Source of the DNA: an uncultured candidate division Zixibacteria bacterium
GTDB taxonomy: Bacteria; Zixibacteria; MSB-5A5; GN15; PGXB01
Length of the DNA stretch: 64,000 bases
Direction of reading: 5' to 3'
Assembly: GCA_963702205.1 (NCBI GenBank)
Contig: OY969724.1
Coordinates: forward strand, 517,602-581,601
Positions 47,060 to 56,434 of this stretch are shown piece by piece. The position numbers and the translations under genes were made by a program. Position 1 is the first letter of the stretch. Each line of letters opens with the position of its first letter. The notes beneath the pieces are model-generated. The model was not told where the DNA came from and made no database searches. It saw nothing but the letters and a program-made list of their open reading frames with translations.

Positions 47060-48148
47060 ATGCACCTGGCGAATTTAGATATTTCAAATTTCCGTAATTT
47101 TTCATCGGCAAAAATATCTTTCGGTGATAGCATAAATATTTTCCACGGGCAGAACGGTTCCGGAAAAACTAATCTGCTGGAAGCAATATTCGTCGTTCTG
47201 CTCGGTCGTTCGGCCAGGGGCGCCAATGACGTCGTTATGCTCAATGAACAGTCCGAGCATTACCGGCTCGAAGCCGAAGTATTTAAAGATAGCAAAGGTC
47301 ATCTCTTTGCTCTGGCTTATCAAAAAGGCGGGCGGAAGAAAATTACCAAGGACAAAATCGATATCAAGATAGCCGAGCTGTTCAAAGACAACAGCGCTGT
47401 TTTCGCGGCGCCGGGCGATATCGAGATTTTGTCCGGGGCTCCGGCCGGGCGGCGGGAGTTTTTGAACATCTATATTTCGCAGGTCTCGCCCAATTACCTG
47501 GCGGATCTGGCCGAGTACCAGAAAATTCTGGCCCAGAAAAATGCTTTTCTCAAGCAGGAGAGAGCCGATGACTGCATTTATGATGATCTTCAGGTGCAGT
47601 GCGGGTCGCGGATAATGCATACGAGGCTGAATTTCATAAAGAACATCTCGGTGTTTGCGTCGAAATATTACGATAAGATTTCCGGGGCACATAAGTTTGG
47701 TGCATCGTACCGACCGTCGGTGGCGTTGGACAGCGATGATTTCAATATCGAAGAAATCGCAACCGCGTTCGAGTTGAAGCTGGCCAGATATAAAGAGCGC
47801 GAGAGAATAATGCAGACGGCGCTGGTGGGGCCGCACCGGGATGATATTGAGTTTATTATACGGGCATATCCGGCGCGCACCCACGCTTCACAGGGAGAGC
47901 TTCGTACGGCGGCGATAGCGCTTAAGCTGGCGGTGTTCGATTATATCAAAGAGAAGCGGGGCCGGACGCCGGTTCTGCTGCTCGATGAGATTTTCGCCGA
48001 ACTCGACAAGGAGCGCCGCAATATGCTGATCGAATCGTTCGACAATTTCGGGCAGGTATTCATCACGACGGCGTCGCAGGTTCCGGACGGCCTTTCCGGG
48101 TCGGCCGAAAGCTTCCTGATAAAAGATGGTGCCATAACAGGCTCGTAG
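47060..48148 (+). CDS. recF: DNA replication and repair protein RecF
   Basis: It begins MHLANLDISNFRNF, has the Walker A GQNGSGKTNLLEAI, the signature GELRTAAIALKLA and the Walker B VLLLDEIFAELD. I prefer the ATG at 47060. Confidence 0.9.
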   Translation: MHLANLDISNFRNFSSAKISFGDSINIFHGQNGSGKTNLLEAIFVVLLGRSARGANDVVMLNEQSEHYRLEAEVFKDSKGHLFALAYQKGGRKKITKDKIDIKIAELFKDNSAVFAAPGDIEILSGAPAGRREFLNIYISQVSPNYLADLAEYQKILAQKNAFLKQERADDCIYDDLQVQCGSRIMHTRLNFIKNISVFASKYYDKISGAHKFGASYRPSVALDSDDFNIEEIATAFELKLARYKERERIMQTALVGPHRDDIEFIIRAYPARTHASQGELRTAAIALKLAVFDYIKEKRGRTPVLLLDEIFAELDKERRNMLIESFDNFGQVFITTASQVPDGLSGSAESFLIKDGAITGS

Positions 48149-48162
48149 AATTATAATATATC

Positions 48163-49212
48163 ATGCCGCGATTGAATATTGTCAGAGTTGAGAAATCGTT
48201 CGACGGACAGAAGGTCCTCGACGATGTCAACCTCCAGACGGCCGACGGTGAACTGGTGGTGGTGCTGGGGCCGTCGGGGTGCGGCAAGTCTACTCTGCTG
48301 CGTCTGGTGGCCGGACTGGAAGAGATCGATTCAGGGGAAATCTGGATCGGGACGCGGCGGGTCGATCAGCTGGTGCCGCAGAAGCGCAATGTCTCGCTGG
48401 TGTTTCAAAATTACGCCCTCTACCCTCACATGACGGTCGAGCAAAACCTAGCTTTTCCGCTCAAGATTTCCGGAGAAAATAAAAAGAAGATCAAAGACCG
48501 GGTGATACACGCGGCGTCGCTGATCGGTCTGGCCGATCGTCTGGATGCCCGGCCGGTGGAGCTGTCCGGCGGCCAGCGGCAGAGGGTGGCGCTGGGGCGG
48601 GCGATAATCCGTCAGCCGGATATATACCTTCTCGATGAGCCGCTGTCAAACCTCGACGCCGATCTTCGCACCCGCATGCGCCGCGAACTGGTGGTGCTCC
48701 AGAAAAATCTCGGAACGACCATGATCCATGTGACGCACGATCAGACCGAGGCGCTGACTATGGCCGACCGTCTGGCCGTCATTGAATCGGGCAAAATCAG
48801 ACAGGTCGGGACGGTCGACGACGTTTATAACCGCCCGGCGGACCTTTTTGTGGCGTCATTTATCGGGACACCCAAAATGAATTTTGTGACCGGGTGGATT
48901 TCGGAAAATACGATCAAGCCGTTCAATTTGTCGATAGTGCACGTGCCGGCGGATTATGAATTCCAGGAAGTGACAGTCGGGATTCGACCGGAGGATGTAT
49001 TGATCGGTGCCGACGGGCTGTTTAACGGAGAAGTTTCGAGCATCGAGTATCTCGGCAATCGGAGTGTCGTGACGTTCAAGTATAACGACGTGATATTGAA
49101 TACAGTTACCGATTCCGGTAAGTACAATATCGGGGAAAATATCAGGTTTTCGGTCAATACCGGCCGGTGTCATATATTTCATAAAGAGTCGGGTGTTTGT
49201 TTGAGTAGTTGA
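48163..49212 (+). CDS. ABC transporter ATP-binding protein, MalK/UgpC (carbohydrate importer) type
   Basis: 349 aa with GPSGCGKST, LSGGQRQRVALGRAI, LLDEPLSNLD and a C-terminal TOBE-like regulatory domain. No cognate permease or binding protein is nearby. Confidence 0.85.
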   Translation: MPRLNIVRVEKSFDGQKVLDDVNLQTADGELVVVLGPSGCGKSTLLRLVAGLEEIDSGEIWIGTRRVDQLVPQKRNVSLVFQNYALYPHMTVEQNLAFPLKISGENKKKIKDRVIHAASLIGLADRLDARPVELSGGQRQRVALGRAIIRQPDIYLLDEPLSNLDADLRTRMRRELVVLQKNLGTTMIHVTHDQTEALTMADRLAVIESGKIRQVGTVDDVYNRPADLFVASFIGTPKMNFVTGWISENTIKPFNLSIVHVPADYEFQEVTVGIRPEDVLIGADGLFNGEVSSIEYLGNRSVVTFKYNDVILNTVTDSGKYNIGENIRFSVNTGRCHIFHKESGVCLSS

Positions 49213-49239
49213 GATTGACTACTTGTCGGTCAGTACTTA

Positions 49240-49380
49240 TCAGGCGGCAGACGAGGGCGTCGGCCGCCCACGGAATGCATTGAACCGAAGAGACTGGATA
49301 CCCGCGTACGCGGGTATGACATTGTTGAAGCTTCGGTGCATTGAAATCAAGATGTCAGGAGCGCAGGGCTCCTGACCTAC
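49240..49380. repeat. mosaic of three palindromic units
   Basis: The units are tcaggcggcagacg-aggg-cgtcggccgcc (49240..49273), atacccgcg-ta-cgcgggtat nested inside ccgaag...cttcgg, and gtcaggagc-gcagg-gctcctgacctac. On the minus strand the last reads GTAGGTCAGGAGC.... Confidence 0.8.
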
Positions 49381-49395
49381 CAAGACTAAGATAGC

Positions 49396-50988
49396 CTATT
49401 TAAGCAGAACCGCTTTGGCTATTTTGCTCTGGTTGTCGGTTGAGGCTTTGATGAAATAGACGCCCGAGGCGGCTTTTGAACCATCCCAAGTGTATTCGTA
49501 CTGCCCGGCGGGGATAGTACAGTCCACGACCTGTCCGACCTTTTGCCCTGTTATATTGTAGACTTCTATTTTCAGATGAGATTTGCCGTTCAGTTCGACC
49601 GGAATGCTCAGGGTCGGGTTAAAGGGGTTTGGGTAGGCCGGGCCGAGAGTGAATGATGATGGAAGAACCGATTGCGGGGGTTCGTCGGTGCCGGTTGTTA
49701 TGGATATATCATAGGCGTTGAGATGACCGGATTGAACGGCTATCAGCTTCGGATCACCGAAGGTATCTAATGATGAATAAGCGAAAACGGCATCCGTCGG
49801 AGCGAGGAAGTCGTACGAAGAATCCGATATTTGCCCATCCGCGGCATTTCGGACGTAGAGTTTTTCGTTCTGCACGGTAAAAAGATCGCCGGAAAAATCC
49901 TTGGTGGCAAAGATGTATTTTATTTCGGGCTGGCTGGTGATATCTATTTTCCAGAGCGTATCCATGTGATCGGCCGCAGCGAGATTATAAAGGGCCAGGT
50001 GCCGAGACGAATCTTCGCAAAGTAAAGTTAAATCATCATAGTCATAACCTTGAGAACTCTGATACTCGGTGGCTGCGAACTCATAGCCGGGCACAGCGGG
50101 ATTTATATCATCAATCCAGTGGCATTCAAATAATGCGTAATTAATGGTGGTAGCCTGGGGACAATTATATTCATAAGGAAGGATTCCCGCGAAAACACGC
50201 GTACTGTCAATATAACCGTTTATGGTCGATTGGGTTTTATCATACATATAGCCATAATTGGCAATCGCCGGATGCCATAAATAGTTATAGTACTCGCCCA
50301 TCGCTACGTCAATAAGTGTATCCGGATGGAATAGCGGCAGTCTCTTATAATCGGTATATGGTAACCAATCGACTATCGACGTGGTGCCTGCGAAAATGTC
50401 AATTGTATAAATAATATCCACATTATAGCAATACCACATTTGCTCAATTTCGTTATTATAATTCGTGCATTTTACTCTGGCATATAGTTTTTCTTCTCCG
50501 CCATTGCCTGAATCAATAAAAAACAGGCTGTCGCAATATGGATTGAAATACGTTTCGTACCATACCAGGTCCGGTAATTGGGTTATATGCTGCGTGACAA
50601 GATTCGTATATCCGAAAGTGCTCAAATGGGTCGTTAAAACTTCGTCTATATTGTATGGGCTGTCCCAATTTCGATGGATTTCAACAAAATCCAATAAGGT
50701 ATCATTATCGAGATAAGCTACGGCTATTTTGGCATCCTGAGCGTAAGGTGTTTTATTAATATAGTCAATCGTTTTGCCGTAGCGGATCGACCAGGTCGCG
50801 AACATATTTTTGTTTTCGGCCTGGATCTCGTAGTAACCGTCGCGGTCGTGGTCGGTGACCTTGAATGTCGTCGATGGATTGATATAGAATGTGTCGGGCA
50901 GTGCGGACGATATATCCAGATTCAGATTGATTCCGGCTGTGACTGGGCCGGCAATCATAAGCAATAGAATTAATGAAAGCCTTATCAT
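49396..50988 (-). CDS. secreted protein of unknown function with a T9SS C-terminal sorting domain
   Basis: 530 aa with signal peptide MIRLSLILLLMIAGPVTA and CTD YPNPFNPTLSIPVELNGKSHLKIEVYNITGQKV...WDGSKAASGVYFIKASTDNQSKIAKAVLLK. Confidence 0.8.
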   Translation of the reverse strand: MIRLSLILLLMIAGPVTAGINLNLDISSALPDTFYINPSTTFKVTDHDRDGYYEIQAENKNMFATWSIRYGKTIDYINKTPYAQDAKIAVAYLDNDTLLDFVEIHRNWDSPYNIDEVLTTHLSTFGYTNLVTQHITQLPDLVWYETYFNPYCDSLFFIDSGNGGEEKLYARVKCTNYNNEIEQMWYCYNVDIIYTIDIFAGTTSIVDWLPYTDYKRLPLFHPDTLIDVAMGEYYNYLWHPAIANYGYMYDKTQSTINGYIDSTRVFAGILPYEYNCPQATTINYALFECHWIDDINPAVPGYEFAATEYQSSQGYDYDDLTLLCEDSSRHLALYNLAAADHMDTLWKIDITSQPEIKYIFATKDFSGDLFTVQNEKLYVRNAADGQISDSSYDFLAPTDAVFAYSSLDTFGDPKLIAVQSGHLNAYDISITTGTDEPPQSVLPSSFTLGPAYPNPFNPTLSIPVELNGKSHLKIEVYNITGQKVGQVVDCTIPAGQYEYTWDGSKAASGVYFIKASTDNQSKIAKAVLLK

Positions 50989-51123
50989 TTTCGAGTCCCC
51001 TGTCTTAATTATAATGACGTTTATTTTTGGGATTTGTCAAGTGCGTATTTGGGTGGGATCGGGACCCGGGGCGAGCGCGATGATAAAGCACATGGCGGTT
51101 TGCTTATTCGTAGTCAGGCGGCA

Positions 51124-51156
51124 GACGGGGGCGTCTGCCGCCCACAGAATAAACAA
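51124..51156. repeat. perfect 11-bp-stem hairpin of the ggcggcagacg family
   Basis: tcaggcggcagacg-gggg-cgtctgccgcccac has the same orientation and flanks as 49240..49273. Confidence 0.8.
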
Positions 51157-51203
51157 TAGGAATGCTTTAAAAATCGAATTTGTTTTGGGAGTGTCTGGTT
51201 AAG

Positions 51204-51554
51204 TCAGGAAGCGAATTTGTCGAATTTTTCCCAGTAGGTTTCGGAAAGCTTATACGGCGTGAAGTCGCCCTGCGCTTCGGCCGGGACGATCAGGCCCATT
51301 CGTTCGGCGTAATTTAACAGCTCGATAAACTCGGTGTATTTATACATCTGGACGGTTTCGGGGGCGTCGGGTCCGAACGACCACTCCCCTTCTTTCTTGC
51401 CGAGCGCGCCGACGTTGTCCTTGCAAAGGGCGTGAAGATACTGCTGGAGGGAGTATTGCTGCTTGTCGAAATAGTCGATGGGCGGCTGGGGCATTGGAAT
51501 TGGAGCCCCGAGCGCTATTTCATATCGGAAATGGCTATATGTCTCGATACTCAT
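51204..51554 (-). CDS. hypothetical 116-aa protein
   Basis: The ORF has backbone-like codon usage, but I recognise no motif. Confidence 0.5.
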   Translation of the reverse strand: MSIETYSHFRYEIALGAPIPMPQPPIDYFDKQQYSLQQYLHALCKDNVGALGKKEGEWSFGPDAPETVQMYKYTEFIELLNYAERMGLIVPAEAQGDFTPYKLSETYWEKFDKFAS

Positions 51555-51671
51555 ATTTTTATAATCGGCTAATTCCCATAAAATTAACAGCTTTAATTGA
51601 GTCTAAATTTGGATAAATTTTGACACGTTGTCAATAAAAATGATTAAAGAAGTCCGGGAATCGGATAAGCC

Positions 51672-52769
51672 CTATTTCACGCGTTTCGAGAAGCGCAGGG
51701 ATGAGAAGGTGAAGACGGCGACGCCGAAGATTATCATCGCTATCACCTGTTTGTGCAAAATGTCGATCGACGAACCTTTCATCATGATTCCCCGCACAAT
51801 AGTCATGTAATAACGCATCGGGTTTAAGTATGTCAGCGCCTGCACCACTTTGGGCATGTTGGCAATCGGTATGAAAAAGCCCGAAGTCAGAATCGCGAAA
51901 ATAGAAAAGAACCACGCGAAAAACATCGCCTGCTGCTGGGTTTTGGTCGCGGTCGAGATGAACATCCCCACCCCGAGCGACGTGAACAGGTAGATAAACG
52001 ACAGGAAGTACAGCAGTCCCCACGAGCCCGCGAACGGAATCTTGAACCAGATGATCCCGAACGCCAGCGCAATCGACATTTCTATGAAGCCGATGATAGC
52101 GAACGGGATGGTTTTGCCGAGGATCAGACCGGGGGTAGAGATTGGGGTCACCATGAGCTGTTCGAGCGTCCCTCTCTCCCTCTCGCGGACGATGCCCATC
52201 GCGGTCAGCATGACGGTTATCATGGTCAATAGTACGGCCACGATTCCGGGAACCATGAAATAGACCGACTCGGCCTCGGGATTGAACAGGTTTTTCTGGC
52301 GCAACTGTATCGGCATATTGAACCCGAGGACGCGTTTGTTGAACTGAGCAGTGATCAGACCGGCGTAGCCGAGGGTGATCGAGGCGGTGTTGGCGTTGGA
52401 GCCGTCGAGCAACAGCCCGACTTCGACCTTTTCGCGGTTGTCGATTTTTTCCGAGAAATCCACGGGGATAATCAAGACGGCGTTTCTGCGGTTCTGGCGG
52501 AAAGCCAGATCGGCGTTGAGAAGCGGGAGTTTGTCTTTGGAAGTGACGAAATAATCACCGGCCGACAGCGAACGCACGTAATCGCGCGACAGGCTGCTAT
52601 GGTCGAAATCGTAGACGGCCGTGTTGATGAGTTTGACGTCGGTCGAGACGGCATACCCCAGCAGGAGCAGTTGTATCAGCGGCATGATGAACAACAGGCG
52701 GAGCATGATCGGGTCGCGCAGGACCTGCCGGAATTCCTTTATAATCAGGGCGATAATGGTCTGTATCAT
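51672..52769 (-). CDS. ABC-2 type transporter permease (YbhR/YbhS-like)
   Basis: 365 aa with an N-terminal TM, a large periplasmic loop and a C-terminal 5-TM bundle, paralogous to the upstream gene. Confidence 0.85.
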   Translation of the reverse strand: MIQTIIALIIKEFRQVLRDPIMLRLLFIMPLIQLLLLGYAVSTDVKLINTAVYDFDHSSLSRDYVRSLSAGDYFVTSKDKLPLLNADLAFRQNRRNAVLIIPVDFSEKIDNREKVEVGLLLDGSNANTASITLGYAGLITAQFNKRVLGFNMPIQLRQKNLFNPEAESVYFMVPGIVAVLLTMITVMLTAMGIVRERERGTLEQLMVTPISTPGLILGKTIPFAIIGFIEMSIALAFGIIWFKIPFAGSWGLLYFLSFIYLFTSLGVGMFISTATKTQQQAMFFAWFFSIFAILTSGFFIPIANMPKVVQALTYLNPMRYYMTIVRGIMMKGSSIDILHKQVIAMIIFGVAVFTFSSLRFSKRVK

Positions 52770-52772
52770 GGT

Positions 52773-53915
52773 TCAACCGATTTTCAGTTTAAAGCGTTTG
52801 GTGGCTACGGTCAGCAGGACGAACGTTATCAATATCAAAAAGACGGCCTGAGGCCAGAGTTCGGCCAGTCCGGAGCTTTTGAGCATAATCCCCCGGATTA
52901 TCTGCAGAAAGTACGTCGCCGGGATGATGCGGGTTATCTGCTGCAAAATGAACGGCATGTTTTTTATTTCGAAAATGAAACCGGACAGCATAACCGACGG
53001 CAGGACGGTAGCCATGACCGCACCCATCATCGCCACCTGCTGTGTGTCGGCGATGGTCGAGATGAGCACGCCAAGTGACAGCGCGGCGGTGATATATATC
53101 CCCATAAAGAACAGCAGAAGGATGACCGAGCCGTTGAACGGTACCCCGAAATGGAAGACACCGAATGCCAGAACGAGAAGGCCATCGAGAAACGCCAGGC
53201 CGATATAGGGCATAACTTTGCCGATAATAATCTGTTTGGCGGTGACCGGTGACGTTAATAGCTGTTCCATAGTGCCGGTTTCTTTTTCGCGGGCGATGGT
53301 GACCGAGGTCAGCAGGGCCGAGATCATCATGAGAATTATGGCGATCAGTCCGGGCACGAAGAAATGCGAGGACTTCAGGTCCGGGTTGTAAAGTACCTGC
53401 CGGGAGATTTCCACTCCGGGAAATTCCATACCGGGCGGCAGCTGCGAGGCGAGGTATTCATTGACGATGACGGCGGCGTAACTTCCGGCGGCCGCGGCGA
53501 CATTGGCATCGGCTCCGTCGAGCAGAAGACCGATATCGTAGACGTCGCTGCTGCCGAAAAGTGAGGCCTCCGGATTGGAGCGGATCGATTCGATTTTGTC
53601 AGCAAAGCCGGGCTTGATTATAAGTACGGCGTTGGCGTCGCCGGCCTTAAGAATTCTTTCCGGGTCAGACAGCGACGGTTCCTCATCGGAGTGGAAGAAA
53701 TACCCTGAGTTATAGAACTTGTTTGCCAGCTCACGTGATTCGAAGGAATGATCGTAGTCGAGCACGCCGAGGGTGATATTTTTTATGTCGAGATTGACGG
53801 CGTAACCGTAGAGGAGCGTCATGAATATCGGCATCATAATGGCGATGAAAAGCGAACGCGGGTCGCGCAGGATGTGGCGGAATTCTTTGGCGGCGATGTA
53901 ACGAATCTTAGACAC
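52773..53915 (-). CDS. ABC-2 type transporter permease (YbhS/YbhR-like)
   Basis: 380 aa with the same architecture, and an 8-nt overlap with the upstream ATPase gene. Confidence 0.85.
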   Translation of the reverse strand: MSKIRYIAAKEFRHILRDPRSLFIAIMMPIFMTLLYGYAVNLDIKNITLGVLDYDHSFESRELANKFYNSGYFFHSDEEPSLSDPERILKAGDANAVLIIKPGFADKIESIRSNPEASLFGSSDVYDIGLLLDGADANVAAAAGSYAAVIVNEYLASQLPPGMEFPGVEISRQVLYNPDLKSSHFFVPGLIAIILMMISALLTSVTIAREKETGTMEQLLTSPVTAKQIIIGKVMPYIGLAFLDGLLVLAFGVFHFGVPFNGSVILLLFFMGIYITAALSLGVLISTIADTQQVAMMGAVMATVLPSVMLSGFIFEIKNMPFILQQITRIIPATYFLQIIRGIMLKSSGLAELWPQAVFLILITFVLLTVATKRFKLKIG

Positions 53916-54645
53916 TGGCTCCCTCGCGCGAAATCAGCTTGATGAACACTTCCTGAAGGTCTTTTTCGCCGTGCTTTTCGATCAGGTCGCGCGGTTGTCC
54001 CATTTCGATGATGCGTCCGTGGTGCATGATGGAGATCCTGTCGCAGAATTCCGCTTCGTCCATATAATGCGTGGTGACGAACAGAGTCGTGCCCGATTCG
54101 GCCAGATGGTACAGTATGTTCCAGAAGCGTCTGCGGAATATGGGATCGACACCGCCGGTCGGTTCATCGAGGAAGAGAATTTCCGGTTCGTGCATAAGGG
54201 CCGCGGCCAGCGCCAGTCTCTGCCTCCATCCGACCGGGAGTGAACCCGACAGGCGGCCGACAAATTCGCCGAGGTTGAGTCGCTCGACCATTTCGTCGAT
54301 TTTCTTTTTTAGCCGTTTTGGCGGGAGTCTGTATACGGAGCCGTAGAACTGAAGGTTCTCCTTTCCGGTCAGGTCGGGGTACAGAGAGAATTTCTGGGAC
54401 ATGTATCCAATCGAGCGCTTTATCTGCTCATTTTCTTTATAGATATCGAAGCCGCTGACTCGTCCTTCGCCGGAGGTTGGAAGAAGCAGCCCGCAAAGCA
54501 TGCGGATGGCGGTCGTCTTCCCGGCCCCGTTGGCCCCGAGGAAGCCGAATATTTCGCCCTTTTTGACCGTCAGGCTGATCTGATCGACGGCGGTGAACTC
54601 TCCGAATTGTCGGGTGAGGTCTTTTATGACGACGGCATCGCTCAT
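53908..54645 (-). CDS. ABC transporter ATP-binding protein
   Basis: 245 aa with GANGAGKTT, LSGSLPVGWRQRLALAAAL and LFLDEPTGGVDP. Confidence 0.9.
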   Translation of the reverse strand: MSDAVVIKDLTRQFGEFTAVDQISLTVKKGEIFGFLGANGAGKTTAIRMLCGLLLPTSGEGRVSGFDIYKENEQIKRSIGYMSQKFSLYPDLTGKENLQFYGSVYRLPPKRLKKKIDEMVERLNLGEFVGRLSGSLPVGWRQRLALAAALMHEPEILFLDEPTGGVDPIFRRRFWNILYHLAESGTTLFVTTHYMDEAEFCDRISIMHHGRIIEMGQPRDLIEKHGEKDLQEVFIKLISREGASV

Positions 54646-55553
54646 GTTTTATCCATTAATTGTATGAAAGTGTCTTCGAGGTCGGGCCGGATTTCGCTGA
54701 GGGCATCAGCGTTAAAACCGAGGCCGGAAAATTCGGTGCCGTACTCGGTGACGTCGTGCTGTGAATCGACGTAGAGGTGCATGGTGCTTCCGAAACGCCG
54801 CGCGGAAAGACCGCTCGAATTGTTGAGTTCCTCTATTTGATCGATGGTCGGCAGGGCGTTGAGACGGTAGACGCGGCCCTCGAACAGTGCGGTCAGATCA
54901 TCGGGTGTACCCTCAGCCATGTTTTTTCCGCCGAAGATGAAGATCGAGCGGTCGGCCAGAGCGACTTCGTCCATGTACGGGGTCGAGACGATGACGGTGG
55001 CGCCGTCGTTCCGCAGTTTTTTCAGTATGTCCCAGAACTGTCGTCGGGATAGGGGGTCGACGCCGGTGGTCGGTTCGTCGAGGACAAGGACCTGCGGGTC
55101 ATGGATGAGGTTACAGCTCAGAGCGAGTTTTTGTTTCATGCCCCCGGAGAGGGCTTCGGCGCGGCGGCTGGCGAACGGCCCGAGATTGGAGAACTTATAT
55201 AAGTACTGTTTTTTCTCTTCGAAATGTTGTCGTGACAGCCCGAACAGCCCGGCATAAAACGACAGGTTTTCCTCGACGGACAAATCCGGGTAGAGCGAGA
55301 AGTTCTGCGGCATATAACCCAGCAGCGGTTTGATTTGGTCGAACTGGGTTCTGACGTCATACCCGGCGATGGTGATGGTTCCGTCATCGAAACCGAGCAA
55401 GCCGCAGGCGGCGCGGAATATGGTGGTTTTGCCGGCTCCGTCGGGTCCGACCAGAGCAAGAATTTTACCGCGCTCGGCGGTCAGGCTGAAATTGTCGACG
55501 GCCTTAAGTTTGCCGTAGGAGCGGCTGAAATTTTGTATCTCAACGAGGCTCAT
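54642..55553 (-). CDS. ABC transporter ATP-binding protein
   Basis: 303 aa with GPDGAGKTT, LSGGMKQKLALSCNL and LVLDEPTTGVDP, and a 4-nt overlap with both neighbours. Confidence 0.9.
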   Translation of the reverse strand: MSLVEIQNFSRSYGKLKAVDNFSLTAERGKILALVGPDGAGKTTIFRAACGLLGFDDGTITIAGYDVRTQFDQIKPLLGYMPQNFSLYPDLSVEENLSFYAGLFGLSRQHFEEKKQYLYKFSNLGPFASRRAEALSGGMKQKLALSCNLIHDPQVLVLDEPTTGVDPLSRRQFWDILKKLRNDGATVIVSTPYMDEVALADRSIFIFGGKNMAEGTPDDLTALFEGRVYRLNALPTIDQIEELNNSSGLSARRFGSTMHLYVDSQHDVTEYGTEFSGLGFNADALSEIRPDLEDTFIQLMDKT

Positions 55554-56434
55554 GGAATCGTCACCGAGACAGGCATACCGACTTTAAGTTCGCCGCCGGA
55601 ATTGGGGATGGTTATTTTCACGGCATAGACAAGGTCGGCGCGGGCTTCCCTGGTCTGCACGTTTTTGGGCGTGAACTCGGCTTCGGATGATATCCAGGTG
55701 ACGGTTCCTTTCAGAGGCTGGGTGCGGCCGTCCTCGGGATCGACCGAGGCCTCTCCTCCGAGCTGGATTTTTGTCAGGTCGGCGGGCGGTAAGTACACCT
55801 TTACCCAGACCGAATCGAGGACGCCGATTTTGTATATGGCTTTGCCGAGCGTGACCAGCTCACCGGCGTCGATGTACTTGGCGGTTATGGTGCCGCTATG
55901 CGGGGCGGTCGGGAAGCAGTCGCTGAGCTGCTGGATCAAGAGGGCTTTTTGGGCTTCGATGCGGCTCATTTCGGCTTTGGCGGCGGTCAGGGTCGCCCGG
56001 GCCTGCTTGCGGTTAAGGTCGGCCTGGTTGAAAGCGTTTTCGCCCTGATCGTACTGCTGCTGATTAGCCGAACCGCTGGTGATAAGGGCATTGATGCGGT
56101 TGAATTCTTTTTCCGCCAGAGAGAAATTTTGTTCGGCCTGGTCGATGGCTATCGCGGCCATGTTCTTTTTGGATTCGGCCGCTTTATAGGCGGCGTCGGC
56201 CTGATCGAGCGCAAGAATAGTGTTGACAGTGTCTATGACAGCCAGGGTATCGCCGATGCCGACCGTGTCGCCTTCGTCGTAGTGCAGAATCTCGCTGTTG
56301 CCGACCACCTGTGACGAGATCGTGATTTCGGTCGCCTCGATCAGCCCGGAGCCTCCGATAGTACCGTTTTTATCGCTGCAGGCTAATAGTACAAGCGGCA
56401 ATGCCAGCAGAGCCGTAACCGTTTTATAATTCAT
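55550..56434 (-). CDS. HlyD-family periplasmic adaptor (membrane fusion protein)
   Basis: 294 aa with a lipobox-like LLACS, a coiled-coil hairpin (QADAAYKAAE...ARATLTAAKAEMSRIEAQ) and a beta-barrel C-terminus (GMPVSVTI). Confidence 0.85.
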   Translation of the reverse strand: MNYKTVTALLALPLVLLACSDKNGTIGGSGLIEATEITISSQVVGNSEILHYDEGDTVGIGDTLAVIDTVNTILALDQADAAYKAAESKKNMAAIAIDQAEQNFSLAEKEFNRINALITSGSANQQQYDQGENAFNQADLNRKQARATLTAAKAEMSRIEAQKALLIQQLSDCFPTAPHSGTITAKYIDAGELVTLGKAIYKIGVLDSVWVKVYLPPADLTKIQLGGEASVDPEDGRTQPLKGTVTWISSEAEFTPKNVQTREARADLVYAVKITIPNSGGELKVGMPVSVTIP

